Source: Alphaproteobacteria bacterium (GTDB taxonomy: Bacteria > Pseudomonadota > Alphaproteobacteria > JAPULJ01). Taken from it: a DNA stretch of 64,000 nt. The stretch spans positions 9,942 through 73,941 of the forward strand of contig DATKZM010000091.1 in the NCBI GenBank assembly GCA_035527975.1. Direction: 5' to 3'. The first letter of the stretch is position 1. Every line of letters begins with the position of its first letter. The notes beneath the pieces were generated by a model. It was not told the origin of the DNA and did not search any database. It was given only the letters and a program-made list of their open reading frames with translations. The translations under genes were made by a program, and so were the position numbers. This document shows, in pieces, positions 26,882 to 38,053 of the stretch.

Positions 26882-27148
26882 TCAGGTTTTCCGGACCCGT
26901 GACGGATGGCGCTCACCCAGGGAAGAAGCCCAGGATTTAACATCGTCATGCCCAATGCCGTTGCCGGCGTCGAGCGACGCCATCGCTTGCTCGATCCCAG
27001 CAAGCTGCCATTCCTGAACGGCGACGAATTCCTCAATAGCCTCCGCGCCCAAGAACGATTTGGTCCGCTTCATCATTCGGGCGATGCGGTCGAGGCGAGC
27101 TTCGGTCTCCGCGCTGATGCGGACGGAAAGAACTTTGCTTTCGGTCAT
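26882..27148 (-). CDS. Ribbon-helix-helix (CopG/ParD-like) antitoxin
   Basis: 88 aa. The N-terminal LSVRISAETEARLDRIARMMKRTKS is RHH-like. It lies directly upstream of the toxin with no gap. Confidence 0.8.
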   Translation of the reverse strand: MTESKVLSVRISAETEARLDRIARMMKRTKSFLGAEAIEEFVAVQEWQLAGIEQAMASLDAGNGIGHDDVKSWASSLGERHPSRVRKT

Positions 27149-27194
27149 GAAGCCATCCCAATTTAGTATGTTGTATACATATCACTACAATATA
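27149..27194. promoter_or_regulatory. AT-rich promoter/operator region of the TA pair, containing the palindrome TGTATACA
   Basis: gaagccatcccaatttagtatgttgtatacatatcactacaatatacta is a local AT-rich patch in a GC-rich genome, immediately 5' of the antitoxin gene. Confidence 0.4.
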
Positions 27195-28721
27195 CTATGA
27201 TTTCGTAAAGTCCCGCAAATCCTGAAACAGCGCCTCGTCATTGATGATGCGTGGCACCTTGTTCTGGCCGCCGAGCTTGCCGCGTTTTTTCATCCACGCG
27301 GCAAAGCTGCCGTGCGGAACCGCGTGGATGCGGGGGGCATGGAGGCCGAAGCCGCCGGCGCGGTGGGCGGCGTAATCCTCGTTGCTCTCGCAGAGCGCGG
27401 CGTCGAGCGTCTTGGCGAAGTCCGCAAGTATGCCGGCGCCGGGGGGCGCCTCGCCGAACTCGACAATGTAAAGATGCCGGCCAAGCTCGCCCTTGGCCTC
27501 GGGGAACAGCGCGCCAACGGAGAAATCGGCGACCATCTCGCCGATCGCTTCGGCCGCCGTGGCTACGCCGTGCTCGATTTCCTCGCCGATCAGATGCTCG
27601 CCAAAGGCCGACAACATATATGAGGTGCGGCCGGTCACCAGCAGGCGCGGCGGGTCGCGGTCGACCAGCCGTACCGTGTCGCCGACCACGTACGACCAAA
27701 CGCCGGCACAGGATGACAGCACCAAAGCGTAGTTCACCCCCGGCACGGCGTCGGCGATCCAGTGGCGCGTCGGATTGGGGCGGTCCAGTTCATCCAAGGG
27801 AACGAACTCGAAGAAGAGCCCGGTGTCGAGATTGGCGCGCATACCCTCGCCCGAGCCGCGATCGGCGGTGGCGATGAAGCCCTCGCTGGCTGCATAGACC
27901 TCGCGCAGCTCGGCATGGCTGCCCTCGAGCAGGGCCTCGAACTGGCGCTGATAGGGCTCGAAACCGATGCCGCCATGCACCACGAGTTCAAGATTTGGGT
28001 AGTAGCTCGCCAGTCGGTGCGGCAGATCCGGGCGCAGCGCATGCAGCGCGTCGAAAAATATGAGCAGCCAGCTCGGCGTGCCGCTGACCGAGGTGATCTG
28101 CGCCTCGAGCGAGGCCGGGGCGAGCCTGGCGATCTTCTCCTCCCAGTCGGCGATCAGCGCGAGATCCCTGGGCGGGAAGTAGCGCGGGCGCGCCCATCTC
28201 GGCACCTCGGCGGCGGCGATGCCCGAAAGATCGCCCGAGCGGATGCCGGGCGCGTGCTCGGTCAGCGCGGTCGACCCGCCGAGCACGAAGCCGCGCCCGG
28301 CCATCAATCGTGAGTTCGGACGCGCGGTGACGTGATGAACCAGGATGTCGAGGCTGGCGCGGATGTTCGATTTGTTCATCGCGGCCGAGCAGGGAATGTA
28401 TTTGGTGACGCCCTTTGTGGTGCCTGAGGTGACGGCGAAATAGGGGATGGTCCCCGGCCAGGTGACATCGGTGAGGGTCGGGAAGGGCGTCTGCCAATAC
28501 GCCTCCCAAAAATCCTCGTAGCGCCGCAGCGGCACGCGGGCCTGGAAATCCTTGACCGAACGGATGTCCTTGAAACCGTGATCGCGGCCGAATGTGGTTC
28601 CGGCCGCGCGGCGAAGAAGCTTCAGGAGCTCGGCTTCCTGGGTCGCGGCGGGATCGAGCGCGGCAAGCCGGGCCCGCCGCCGCCGGGCGAAGAGACGCAG
28701 CGCGGGGGTCAGGTCAAGCAT
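27195..28721 (-). CDS. GH3 family (acyl-acid amido synthetase fold) protein
   Basis: The adenylation-type motifs TSGTTKGVTKYIPCS and YAASEGFI, and the 508-aa length, match the GH3 auxin-responsive promoter family as seen in bacteria. Confidence 0.8.
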   Translation of the reverse strand: MLDLTPALRLFARRRRARLAALDPAATQEAELLKLLRRAAGTTFGRDHGFKDIRSVKDFQARVPLRRYEDFWEAYWQTPFPTLTDVTWPGTIPYFAVTSGTTKGVTKYIPCSAAMNKSNIRASLDILVHHVTARPNSRLMAGRGFVLGGSTALTEHAPGIRSGDLSGIAAAEVPRWARPRYFPPRDLALIADWEEKIARLAPASLEAQITSVSGTPSWLLIFFDALHALRPDLPHRLASYYPNLELVVHGGIGFEPYQRQFEALLEGSHAELREVYAASEGFIATADRGSGEGMRANLDTGLFFEFVPLDELDRPNPTRHWIADAVPGVNYALVLSSCAGVWSYVVGDTVRLVDRDPPRLLVTGRTSYMLSAFGEHLIGEEIEHGVATAAEAIGEMVADFSVGALFPEAKGELGRHLYIVEFGEAPPGAGILADFAKTLDAALCESNEDYAAHRAGGFGLHAPRIHAVPHGSFAAWMKKRGKLGGQNKVPRIINDEALFQDLRDFTKS

Positions 28722-28731
28722 GCGGTGCGGG

Positions 28732-29775
<1,044 letters not shown>

Positions 29776-29832
29776 GATAGGCGCTTGCGCGGCCGGCTTG
29801 AAGGCCGCCCGGCAAATCCGTGACCCCGACGC

Positions 29833-30279
29833 TCAGCCCGTAGCGCCGTGCGCGCGCATGTGCCGGTAGAGGCGGTACGAAGGCTGGCCGGTGACCGGCA
29901 AACGATAGATCCGCTGGTAGCGGCGGATCGCCCGCGCGGTCTGCGGGCCGGAAAGCCCGTCGGCGCGGCCGCGGTAGTAGCCCATGCGCCGCAGCCCGGT
30001 CTGGATGCGCGCGACCCTCGCCCGCTGCCGGCCCCAGCGCCAGAACGGCTTGCCCAGATTGATATGGTCAGGGCTGCTAAAGGCGCCGATGGAGCCGCCG
30101 GCCGCGGCGCCTATGACGGCGCCCGCGAGCACGCCGATCCCGCCCGAGGCAAGACCGATAACCGCGCCCGTCGCAGCGCCGATGCCGGCGCCGGTCAGGC
30201 CGCGTTCGCCCGGCGTGCTGCCGCAGGCGGCGAGACTGAGCGTTGCAATAAGAAGAACTGCTGTTTTTCGCAAGTTCAT
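29833..30279 (-). CDS. Lipoprotein with a glycine-zipper segment and a C-terminal peptidoglycan-binding (PG_binding_1-like) domain
   Basis: Lipobox LSLAAC, Gly-rich GAGIGAATGAVIGLASGGIGVLAGAVIGAAAGG, and C-terminal LRRMGYYRGRADGLSGPQTARAIRRYQ. Confidence 0.75.
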   Translation of the reverse strand: MNLRKTAVLLIATLSLAACGSTPGERGLTGAGIGAATGAVIGLASGGIGVLAGAVIGAAAGGSIGAFSSPDHINLGKPFWRWGRQRARVARIQTGLRRMGYYRGRADGLSGPQTARAIRRYQRIYRLPVTGQPSYRLYRHMRAHGATG

Positions 30280-30378
30280 GGTGACCCCCCGGTCCGTTCC
30301 AATACCAATATCTGAAACGCCGAGTGTGGCGAAACTGTGTCGGGCGGGCCTCGATCCGGGGCGGCGGGCCGCAGATCA

Positions 30379-31185
30379 TCAGCCCCGGTAGCTTGGATCC
30401 TTGGCGTCGATGATCCGCTGCATGGCATTGAAAACATCATTGCCGGAAGTCGTGCTCTCCGAATAGTCCGCCATCGCCTTGCGCGACTGGGCGACCGCCG
30501 CCTCGTCGTAGCGGATCGTCTCACCAGGCATCGACGTGGCCGCGGCCTGGACGTCGCAGGCGCGCTGGAGCGTCCACAAACGGCTGAACGCCTCCGGGAT
30601 GGTGCGCCCGCAACTCAGGAGCCCGTGGTTGCGCAGGATGACGTAGTTCTTGTCGCCGATGCTGGCGACAAGGCGCGGTTTCTCGTCGGGGTTGGTCGTG
30701 GTGCCCTCGAAGTCGTGATAGGCGACCTGGTCGCCGATGATCGCCGCGTAGAAATTCGTGGGCGACAGCCCCTCGGCCTTGCAGGCCACCGCCATGCCGG
30801 TCGTCGTGTGGGTGTGCATGATGCAATGGGCATCATCGCGCGCGGCGTGGATGGCGCTGTGGATGATGTAACCGGCCGGATTGACCGGATAATTCGACGG
30901 CCCGACGACGTTTCCATCGAGGTCGATCTTGACCAGGTTCGAAGCCGTGACCTCGCTGTACATCAGCCCGTAGGGATTGATGAGGACGTGCTTGTCCGGA
31001 CCCGGCACGCGCATGGTGATGTGATTGAAGATGAGCTCGATCCAGCCGATGTGATCGAAGATGCGGTAGGCTGCGGCGAGCTGGACGCGCAGGTCCCATT
31101 CAGCCGCCTCGATCCCGGCGGGCCGGCTGTCGTTCGAAGGCTTGGGCATGGAAGCGGGCGCGGCGGTGGTCGCAGGGGTGCTCAT
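30379..31185 (-). CDS. Class II aldolase/adducin family protein
   Basis: Metal-binding His cluster CIMHTHTTTG and SAIH. 268 aa. Confidence 0.85.
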   Translation of the reverse strand: MSTPATTAAPASMPKPSNDSRPAGIEAAEWDLRVQLAAAYRIFDHIGWIELIFNHITMRVPGPDKHVLINPYGLMYSEVTASNLVKIDLDGNVVGPSNYPVNPAGYIIHSAIHAARDDAHCIMHTHTTTGMAVACKAEGLSPTNFYAAIIGDQVAYHDFEGTTTNPDEKPRLVASIGDKNYVILRNHGLLSCGRTIPEAFSRLWTLQRACDVQAAATSMPGETIRYDEAAVAQSRKAMADYSESTTSGNDVFNAMQRIIDAKDPSYRG

Positions 31186-31251
31186 GGGGCGGGGCGTCCT
31201 TCTGGTCCGGATGAATTGGCTGACCGCGATTGTGCGCGAAAGCCCCCACTA

Positions 31252-31290
31252 CGATCAACCGGCGCGATCAACCGGCGCGATCAACCGGCA
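31252..31290. repeat. 13-bp tandem repeat cgatcaaccggcg x3
   Basis: Read directly: cgatcaaccggcg cgatcaaccggcg cgatcaaccggca. It lies 67-105 bp upstream of the aldolase start, in a long divergent intergenic region. Confidence 0.9.
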
Positions 31291-31496
31291 TGAGCTCCAA
31301 AGGGGCCCGCTCGCGGCTGGGGAAAACAAGGTTCTCACGCGTTAACCATTTGGTTTCTTTTCTTCGGCCATTCTTCGCGTCACCGCAACTGCGCGGAATT
31401 CGATTAATCGCGTGTGTGATCCCGGTCACTGCGCGGGGCGGTACGGGAGCCTACAAAAGGCGTCAACAAGCCACGTTTTTGGGAAGGAAATGAGCC

Positions 31497-31619
31497 ATGC
31501 TGATCGGACCCAACGACTTCGAAGTCGAGGACGTCCTCGAGGAGTCGATCTACGAAGAGGTCGAAAATTATTACAGCGACGACTTGGTCGATCTGGTCCA
31601 GAACGTCGCCTGGGAGTAG
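31497..31619 (+). CDS. Candidate unannotated small acidic protein (40 aa): MLIGPNDFEVEDVLEESIYEEVENYYSDDLVDLVQNVAWE
   Basis: ATG preceded by GGAAGGA at about 9 nt. 33 of 40 codons end in G/C, while first and second positions are much less GC-rich. That is the coding signature of this genome. A stem (gacgggtgc...gcacccgtc) follows the stop. It falls below the 60-aa cut-off of the ORF track. Confidence 0.4.
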   Translation: MLIGPNDFEVEDVLEESIYEEVENYYSDDLVDLVQNVAWE

Positions 31620-31850
31620 ACCCCGCTCCCACCCGGCCGTGACGGGTGCCGGCGCCGCGCCGCAGCACCCGTCCCGCCGATAGTCCCGCCCGCGGAAAAA
31701 CGTGGGCCTGACGCACTGCCGACCGATTTTCGTGACATCGCCGTAAGACTTTGAGCCGCCGGGCCATGGGCCCGGATCGGCTGTTTCGTGTTCACTGGAA
31801 ATGTTTTGACGCGGAGATCGGGCGAGGGACAACCTCGCATGCTGCCTGTC

Positions 31851-31936
31851 GTCATCCCCGCGAAAGCGGGGATCCAGCTATGCCAGGCCAGATCGATGCA
31901 GGTCGTTCCATGGATTCCCGCTTTCGCGGGAATGAC
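31851..31936. repeat. Pair of inverted REP units (gtcatccccgcgaaagcggggatccag / tggattcccgctttcgcgggaatgac)
   Basis: Two hairpin-forming units in opposite orientation. This unit type is widespread in alphaproteobacterial intergenic regions. Confidence 0.85.
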
Positions 31937-32040
31937 GGGAGGATGGACATCGCACCGCCCCGCCGTCGCTCACAAGCATCCTCGGGAAACGGGCCGACGA
32001 TGCTATACTGTTGCACGCGACCATTGACCGGGGGGGCTCG

Positions 32041-33053
32041 ATGAGCGATCTGCAACTGCCAGCCATGGGCGTCGGCTCCTATGCCGCGCCCGGTTGGTTC
32101 ATCGCCATGCAAAGACTGCTGAAGCCTGAGGATCTGGGCGAAATCGATGCCCGCGAGCTGATCGAGGACGCAACCCGCGTCGTGGTCGAAGACCAGATCG
32201 AAGCAGGACTCAATGTCATTTCCGACGGCGAGCTCGGCCGCCAGCGCTTCGTCTTCGAGGTGCTCGGCCGGCTCTCCAACCTGACGCGCGTGCCGCCGCC
32301 GCGGCGCCTGGGGATCGCCGGCTACGACAAGGCGCCGAGTTTCGTCTCGGTCGGCCCGATCGCGGCCGAGCGGGGCCTTGGTACCGTCGCGGAATTCGAG
32401 CGTACGCGCGCCATCGCACCCGATCACTGGATCAAGATCGCCCTGCCCGGCCCGCTCACCTTCGCCTCCTACATCGCCACCGGCGAGCGCAGCCGGGACG
32501 TGGTGCTGGAAGAGCTGGTGTCGATCGTGCGCGGCGAGCTGGTGGCGCTGGCCCAGGCCGGCTGCAGCTATCTGCAGCTCGACGAGCCGGGCCTCGCGCA
32601 TTTGCCCTATGCGATGACCTTCGAGGACGGCGCGCGGGTCATCAACCGCGCCATCGAAGGCGTGCCCGGCCGCATCGCCGTACATGTCTGCTACGGCAAC
32701 AATGCCGGGCGGCCGATGGCCGACCGCCGGTTGCGGCCGATGATGGGGGCGCTGATGAGCCTGTCCTGCGACCAGTTGCTGCTGGAGTTCGCAGCCAAGC
32801 AGATGTCGGATGTCGAGCTGCTGGGCGAGCTGGCAAGCAAGTTCGACATCGCGGCGGGCGTCATCGATGTGAAGAACTTCTATCTCGAGACGCCCGAGGA
32901 TGTCGCCCAACGCATCGACGCCTGCCTGCAGCATGCCCCCATCGAGCGGCTTGGCGTGACCTGCGATTGCGGCTTTTCCGCTTTGCCGCGCTATCTGGCG
33001 CGCCAGAAGATGCAGGCGATGGTCGCGGGCGCCAAGCTCGTGCGGGGACGTGC

Positions 33054-33057
<4 letters not shown>
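32041..33057 (+). CDS. Cobalamin-independent methionine synthase (MetE C-terminal domain) family protein, short form
   Basis: Start at MSDLQLPAMGVGSY. Putative Zn ligand motifs HVCYGN and CDCGFS. About 338 aa. Confidence 0.8.
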
Positions 33058-34586
<1,529 letters not shown>

Positions 34587-34630
34587 GGGGCGTGCCGAAC
34601 GGGGTGTCCGATGCCTGCTATCGGCCCGAA

Positions 34631-34666
34631 AGCGGACATAGTCAGACAAGGGATGCTATGTCCGCT
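34631..34666. repeat. REP-like hairpin agcggacata ... tatgtccgct
   Basis: 10-bp inverted repeat with a 16-nt loop, between convergent genes. A related hairpin aatgtccgc...gcggacatt is at 35625-35655. Confidence 0.75.
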
Positions 34667-34751
34667 TATAGCCAAAAGCAGACCTTCATGATTTACAATA
34701 TGGAATGTTTCCGCAGACACGCCCGTGCCTTAAACGTGATCTACCCGTCCC

Positions 34752-35315
34752 TCACCCCTCCTCATACGCGATCTTCATCACCTCGATGCGCTTCGCGCCG
34801 TTGGGGGTTCTTATCGCGACCACGTCGCCTTCCTCGGCCTTCATCAGCGCGCGGGCGATGGGAGAGATCCAGCTGACCTCGCCGCGCGCGACGCTGGCCT
34901 CGTCGATGCCGACGATGCGCAGGGTGCGTTCCTCGTCATCCAAACCGCCGTCGGCGTCCACATAGGTGACGGTGGCACCGAAGAACACCTGGTCGCGGTT
35001 TTTTTGGCGCGCCGGGTCGACGACCTCGGCGCTCTCGATGCGCTTCATGAGAAAGCGCAGGCGGCGGTCGATCTCGCGCAGGCGCTTCTTGCCGTAGATG
35101 TAGTCGCCATTCTCCGAGCGGTCGCCGTTGCCCGCCGCCCAGGCCACCACCTCGACCACCTTGGGGCGCTCGACCCGGCGTAAGCAGTCGAGCTCGTCCC
35201 GCAGCAGGCGCAGGCCGTTCGGCGTCACGTAGTTCTTGATGTCCTTGGGCAGCGGGTCCGGGGTGTCCGGCTCCACCGCCTCGGTCTCAGTCTCCTTGGT
35301 GAAGGCCTTGCTCAT
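34752..35315 (-). CDS. greB: Transcript cleavage factor GreB
   Basis: GDRSENGDYIYGKKRLREIDRRLRFLMKRI is the GreB-type variant of the Gre coiled-coil motif. The C-terminal domain ISWISPIARALMKAEEGD is also typical. Confidence 0.85.
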   Translation of the reverse strand: MSKAFTKETETEAVEPDTPDPLPKDIKNYVTPNGLRLLRDELDCLRRVERPKVVEVVAWAAGNGDRSENGDYIYGKKRLREIDRRLRFLMKRIESAEVVDPARQKNRDQVFFGATVTYVDADGGLDDEERTLRIVGIDEASVARGEVSWISPIARALMKAEEGDVVAIRTPNGAKRIEVMKIAYEEG

Positions 35316-35375
35316 GGGGTTCCGTTACTAGATACATTGCTTCACGCTCGCAACCTCGCTGCGCATGGTCGCGCG

Positions 35376-35654
35376 CTAGCTGAAGCTCAGGCGGCAACCG
35401 GACATTAGCCGCTCGATCGTGAATGTCTGTTTGTAGCCGAGACTCTTGAAGAACTCCCCATGGATTTCCCGCTTATGCCGAATAGCTTGTCGCTTTTCGT
35501 TGCCCATCGCTATGGCCCACCTGTGCAATCGGTTACCTTTCAGTGCCGGCCCGCTCACAGCACGCAGCACAGAACTCCGAAGTCCGTGATGGGTCACAAG
35601 CGGTCGTGCCGACGACCTTGCACCAATGTCCGCTGTTGGGCGCAATGCGGACAT
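35376..35654 (-). pseudogene. Possible degenerate C-terminal remnant of a tyrosine recombinase (very tentative)
   Basis: The translation THHGLRSSVLRAVSG...AIAMGNEKRQAIRHK loosely parallels the integrase HGFR...LSH...AAY block, but the second His and the Tyr are not conserved. Local GC looks lower than the surroundings. Confidence 0.2.
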
Positions 35655-35685
35655 TCAGGTCGCGGCGTCGCTGGGATTTCAAGCC

Positions 35686-35762
35686 GAGACGCAACCCAGC
35701 CCCCCCTTGTCCCCGCCGGGCGCGGCGGTTATCACTGACAAGGGGCGGAAATCGGAGGCTCG
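35686..35762 (+). promoter_or_regulatory. Structured 5' leader, copy A (repeated at 36841-36917)
   Basis: ccccttgtc pairs with gacaagggg, enclosing the hairpin ccgccg-ggcg-cggcgg and the single-stranded ttatcact. GGAGG lies 5 nt before the ATG. Confidence 0.4.
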
Positions 35763-36830
35763 ATGACCAGCGTTTCAGTGACAGGTCCGCAGCGCGGCCA
35801 GACGGATAGCGACCGGGCCGCGGCCGCAAAAGCAGACGGCCTGCCCGGCATTCCGGTTATCGACCTCGGCGCGCTCTGCGCAGCACAGCGGCCATCACAA
35901 GCGTGGCACGCGGCGGTCGAGGCCTTGGCGGCGGAGGTGCGTGCCGCCTGCAGGGACACGGGCTTCTTCTACGTAAGCAATCACGGCCTGCCCGAGGCGC
36001 TGATCGAGGGCGTGCTGGCCGCCAACCGCACCTTCCACGCCCGGCCCGAGGCCGAAAAGCTGGCCCTCAAGCTCAATGCCTGGCACCGCGGCTACCAGCC
36101 CATGGCCTCGACCCGGCTGAGCCTCTCGGCGCGCTTTGCGCCGGCGCCGGCGCCCAACCAGCTTGAATCCTTCATCATCCGCGAGGCGGTGCCGCCGGGC
36201 CATCCCGACTACAAGGCGCGACCCTTCAAGGGGCCGAACCAGTGGCCGGACGACCCCGATTTCCGCCGCGCGGTCGAGGCTTATTTCGACGCCACACGGG
36301 CGCTGGCGATGGACTTGCTGCCGGTCTTCTCGGCGGCGGTCGGCGAGCCGCCCGAATTCTTCGATGGCTTCTTCAACCCGCCCGGCACGACGCTGCGCCT
36401 GGTCCACTATCCGCCCAGCCCGGCCCAGCGCCCCGACGACTTCATGGGCATCTATCCGCATACCGATTACGGCTTCATTACCATCCTGGCGCAGGACGAT
36501 GTCGGCGGGCTGGAGATCCAGCGGGTCGACGGCACCTGGATCGAGGCGCCGTCGCTTCCCGGCACCTTCGTCGTCAACCTGGGCGACGCCGCCGCGCGCT
36601 GGACCAACGATGTCTTCAACTCCTCGCCGCACCGGGTGATCAACAAATCGAGCACCCGCGACCGCTACTCGGTGGCCACCTTCTTCGACCCCAATTTCGA
36701 CGCTGTCATCGGCTGCCTCGACGGCTTCCTGGCCGACGGCGCCAAACCGAACCACCCGCCAATCACCTACGTCGACTATTACGGCGAGCGCATGGACACC
36801 AACCATCCCGACCGGCGGGCCGCCGACTAG
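35763..36830 (+). CDS. 2-oxoglutarate/Fe(II)-dependent oxygenase (isopenicillin N synthase family)
   Basis: N-terminal IPVIDL motif, the facial triad context YPHTDYGFITIL ... SSPHRV, and RYSVATF (2OG-binding Arg-x-Ser). Confidence 0.85.
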   Translation: MTSVSVTGPQRGQTDSDRAAAAKADGLPGIPVIDLGALCAAQRPSQAWHAAVEALAAEVRAACRDTGFFYVSNHGLPEALIEGVLAANRTFHARPEAEKLALKLNAWHRGYQPMASTRLSLSARFAPAPAPNQLESFIIREAVPPGHPDYKARPFKGPNQWPDDPDFRRAVEAYFDATRALAMDLLPVFSAAVGEPPEFFDGFFNPPGTTLRLVHYPPSPAQRPDDFMGIYPHTDYGFITILAQDDVGGLEIQRVDGTWIEAPSLPGTFVVNLGDAAARWTNDVFNSSPHRVINKSSTRDRYSVATFFDPNFDAVIGCLDGFLADGAKPNHPPITYVDYYGERMDTNHPDRRAAD

Positions 36831-36840
36831 CCGGCCTCGA

Positions 36841-36917
36841 TTTGCCAGGCAAGCTCACCCTTGTCCCCATCGGGCGTGGCGGTTATCACTGACCGGGGGG
36901 CAATCGGAGGTTCGGCG
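36841..36917 (+). promoter_or_regulatory. Structured 5' leader, copy B
   Basis: About 80-85 percent identical to copy A over about 60 nt, by manual alignment. Shared blocks are cccttgtcccc, cgggcg, ggcggttatcactgac and aatcggagg. Confidence 0.4.
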
Positions 36918-38018
36918 ATGAACGCAACGGCGGGGGCGCCGCGGTCTTACATGCCGGACAGCGGCATGGCGGTGGTCAAGAAGGTCGCGGTTGGCGTCGG
37001 CGAGGCGCCGCTGATCGATCTGTCCCTCAACGAGTCGAGCTATGGTCCCAGCCCCACCGCGATGGCCGCCGCGCTGGAGCGCTGCCAACGCCTGGAGCGC
37101 TACCCCGATCCTGCCAGCACCGAGCTGCGCCGCGCGCTCGGCGAGGCCTACGGCTTCGATCCCGACCAGCTCGTCTGCGGCAATGGCTCCGAAGAGCTGA
37201 TCGACGTGATCGCGCGCATATTTGCCCGGCCCGGCGACGAGATCGTCTTCGGCGCCCAGGGCTTCATGCAGTTTCCGATCGTCACCGCCCGGGTTGGCGC
37301 CACGCCGGTGACGGCGCCCGAGCGCGACCTGGCGCCCGATGCCGACGCGCTGCTGGCGGCGATTGGCGATAAGACCAAGATCCTCTTCCTCGGCCATCCC
37401 GACAATCCGACCGGGCGCTACCTGCCGGCGGACGAGCTGGCGCGGCTCGTCGAGGCAGTGCCCGAACGGGTGGTGCTGGTGATCGACTCGGCCTATGCGG
37501 AATACGCACAACTGGCCGGCGACTACACGGCGGGCCATGAATTCGTCGACGGCCGCCAGAACGTCATCGTGACGCGTACGTTTTCCAAGGCCTTCGGGCT
37601 CGCCGCATTGCGGGTCGGCTGGGCGCATGGCTCGGCGCGCATCGTCGGCTTCATGAACCGGATGCGCGGCATCGGCAATGTGAACGCGCTGGCCCAGGAA
37701 ACGGCCAAAGCCGCGCTCGGCGATATGGGCCACGTGGCCATGGTGGCCGAGCGCACGGCCGAGGAGCGCGCCCGGCTTGCGCCGATCTACGAGGCGCTGG
37801 GGCTCGGCGTGTTGCCGGGGGCGGCGAACTTCATGCTGGTCAGGTTTCCAAGTGGCACCAACCACACCGCCCAGGCGGCGCTCGCCTTCCTCGCCGAGCA
37901 GCGCATCATCCTGCGCTCGGTCGACGATTACGGGCTCACCGATTACCTGCGCATCAGCATCGGCCTGCCGGAGGAAAACGATGCCGTGATCGCGGGGCTT
38001 AAACGGTTCATGGTCTAG
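36918..38018 (+). CDS. Pyridoxal-phosphate-dependent aminotransferase (histidinol-phosphate aminotransferase family)
   Basis: Start at MNATAGAP after the leader GGAGG. PLP-Lys context TRTFSKAFGLAALRVGW. The overall HisC-like pattern includes LNESSYGPSP and YPDP. Confidence 0.85.
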   Translation: MNATAGAPRSYMPDSGMAVVKKVAVGVGEAPLIDLSLNESSYGPSPTAMAAALERCQRLERYPDPASTELRRALGEAYGFDPDQLVCGNGSEELIDVIARIFARPGDEIVFGAQGFMQFPIVTARVGATPVTAPERDLAPDADALLAAIGDKTKILFLGHPDNPTGRYLPADELARLVEAVPERVVLVIDSAYAEYAQLAGDYTAGHEFVDGRQNVIVTRTFSKAFGLAALRVGWAHGSARIVGFMNRMRGIGNVNALAQETAKAALGDMGHVAMVAERTAEERARLAPIYEALGLGVLPGAANFMLVRFPSGTNHTAQAALAFLAEQRIILRSVDDYGLTDYLRISIGLPEENDAVIAGLKRFMV

Positions 38019-38053
38019 ATCGGCGCAGTCCAATGTCCGTATACTGAGTATCC

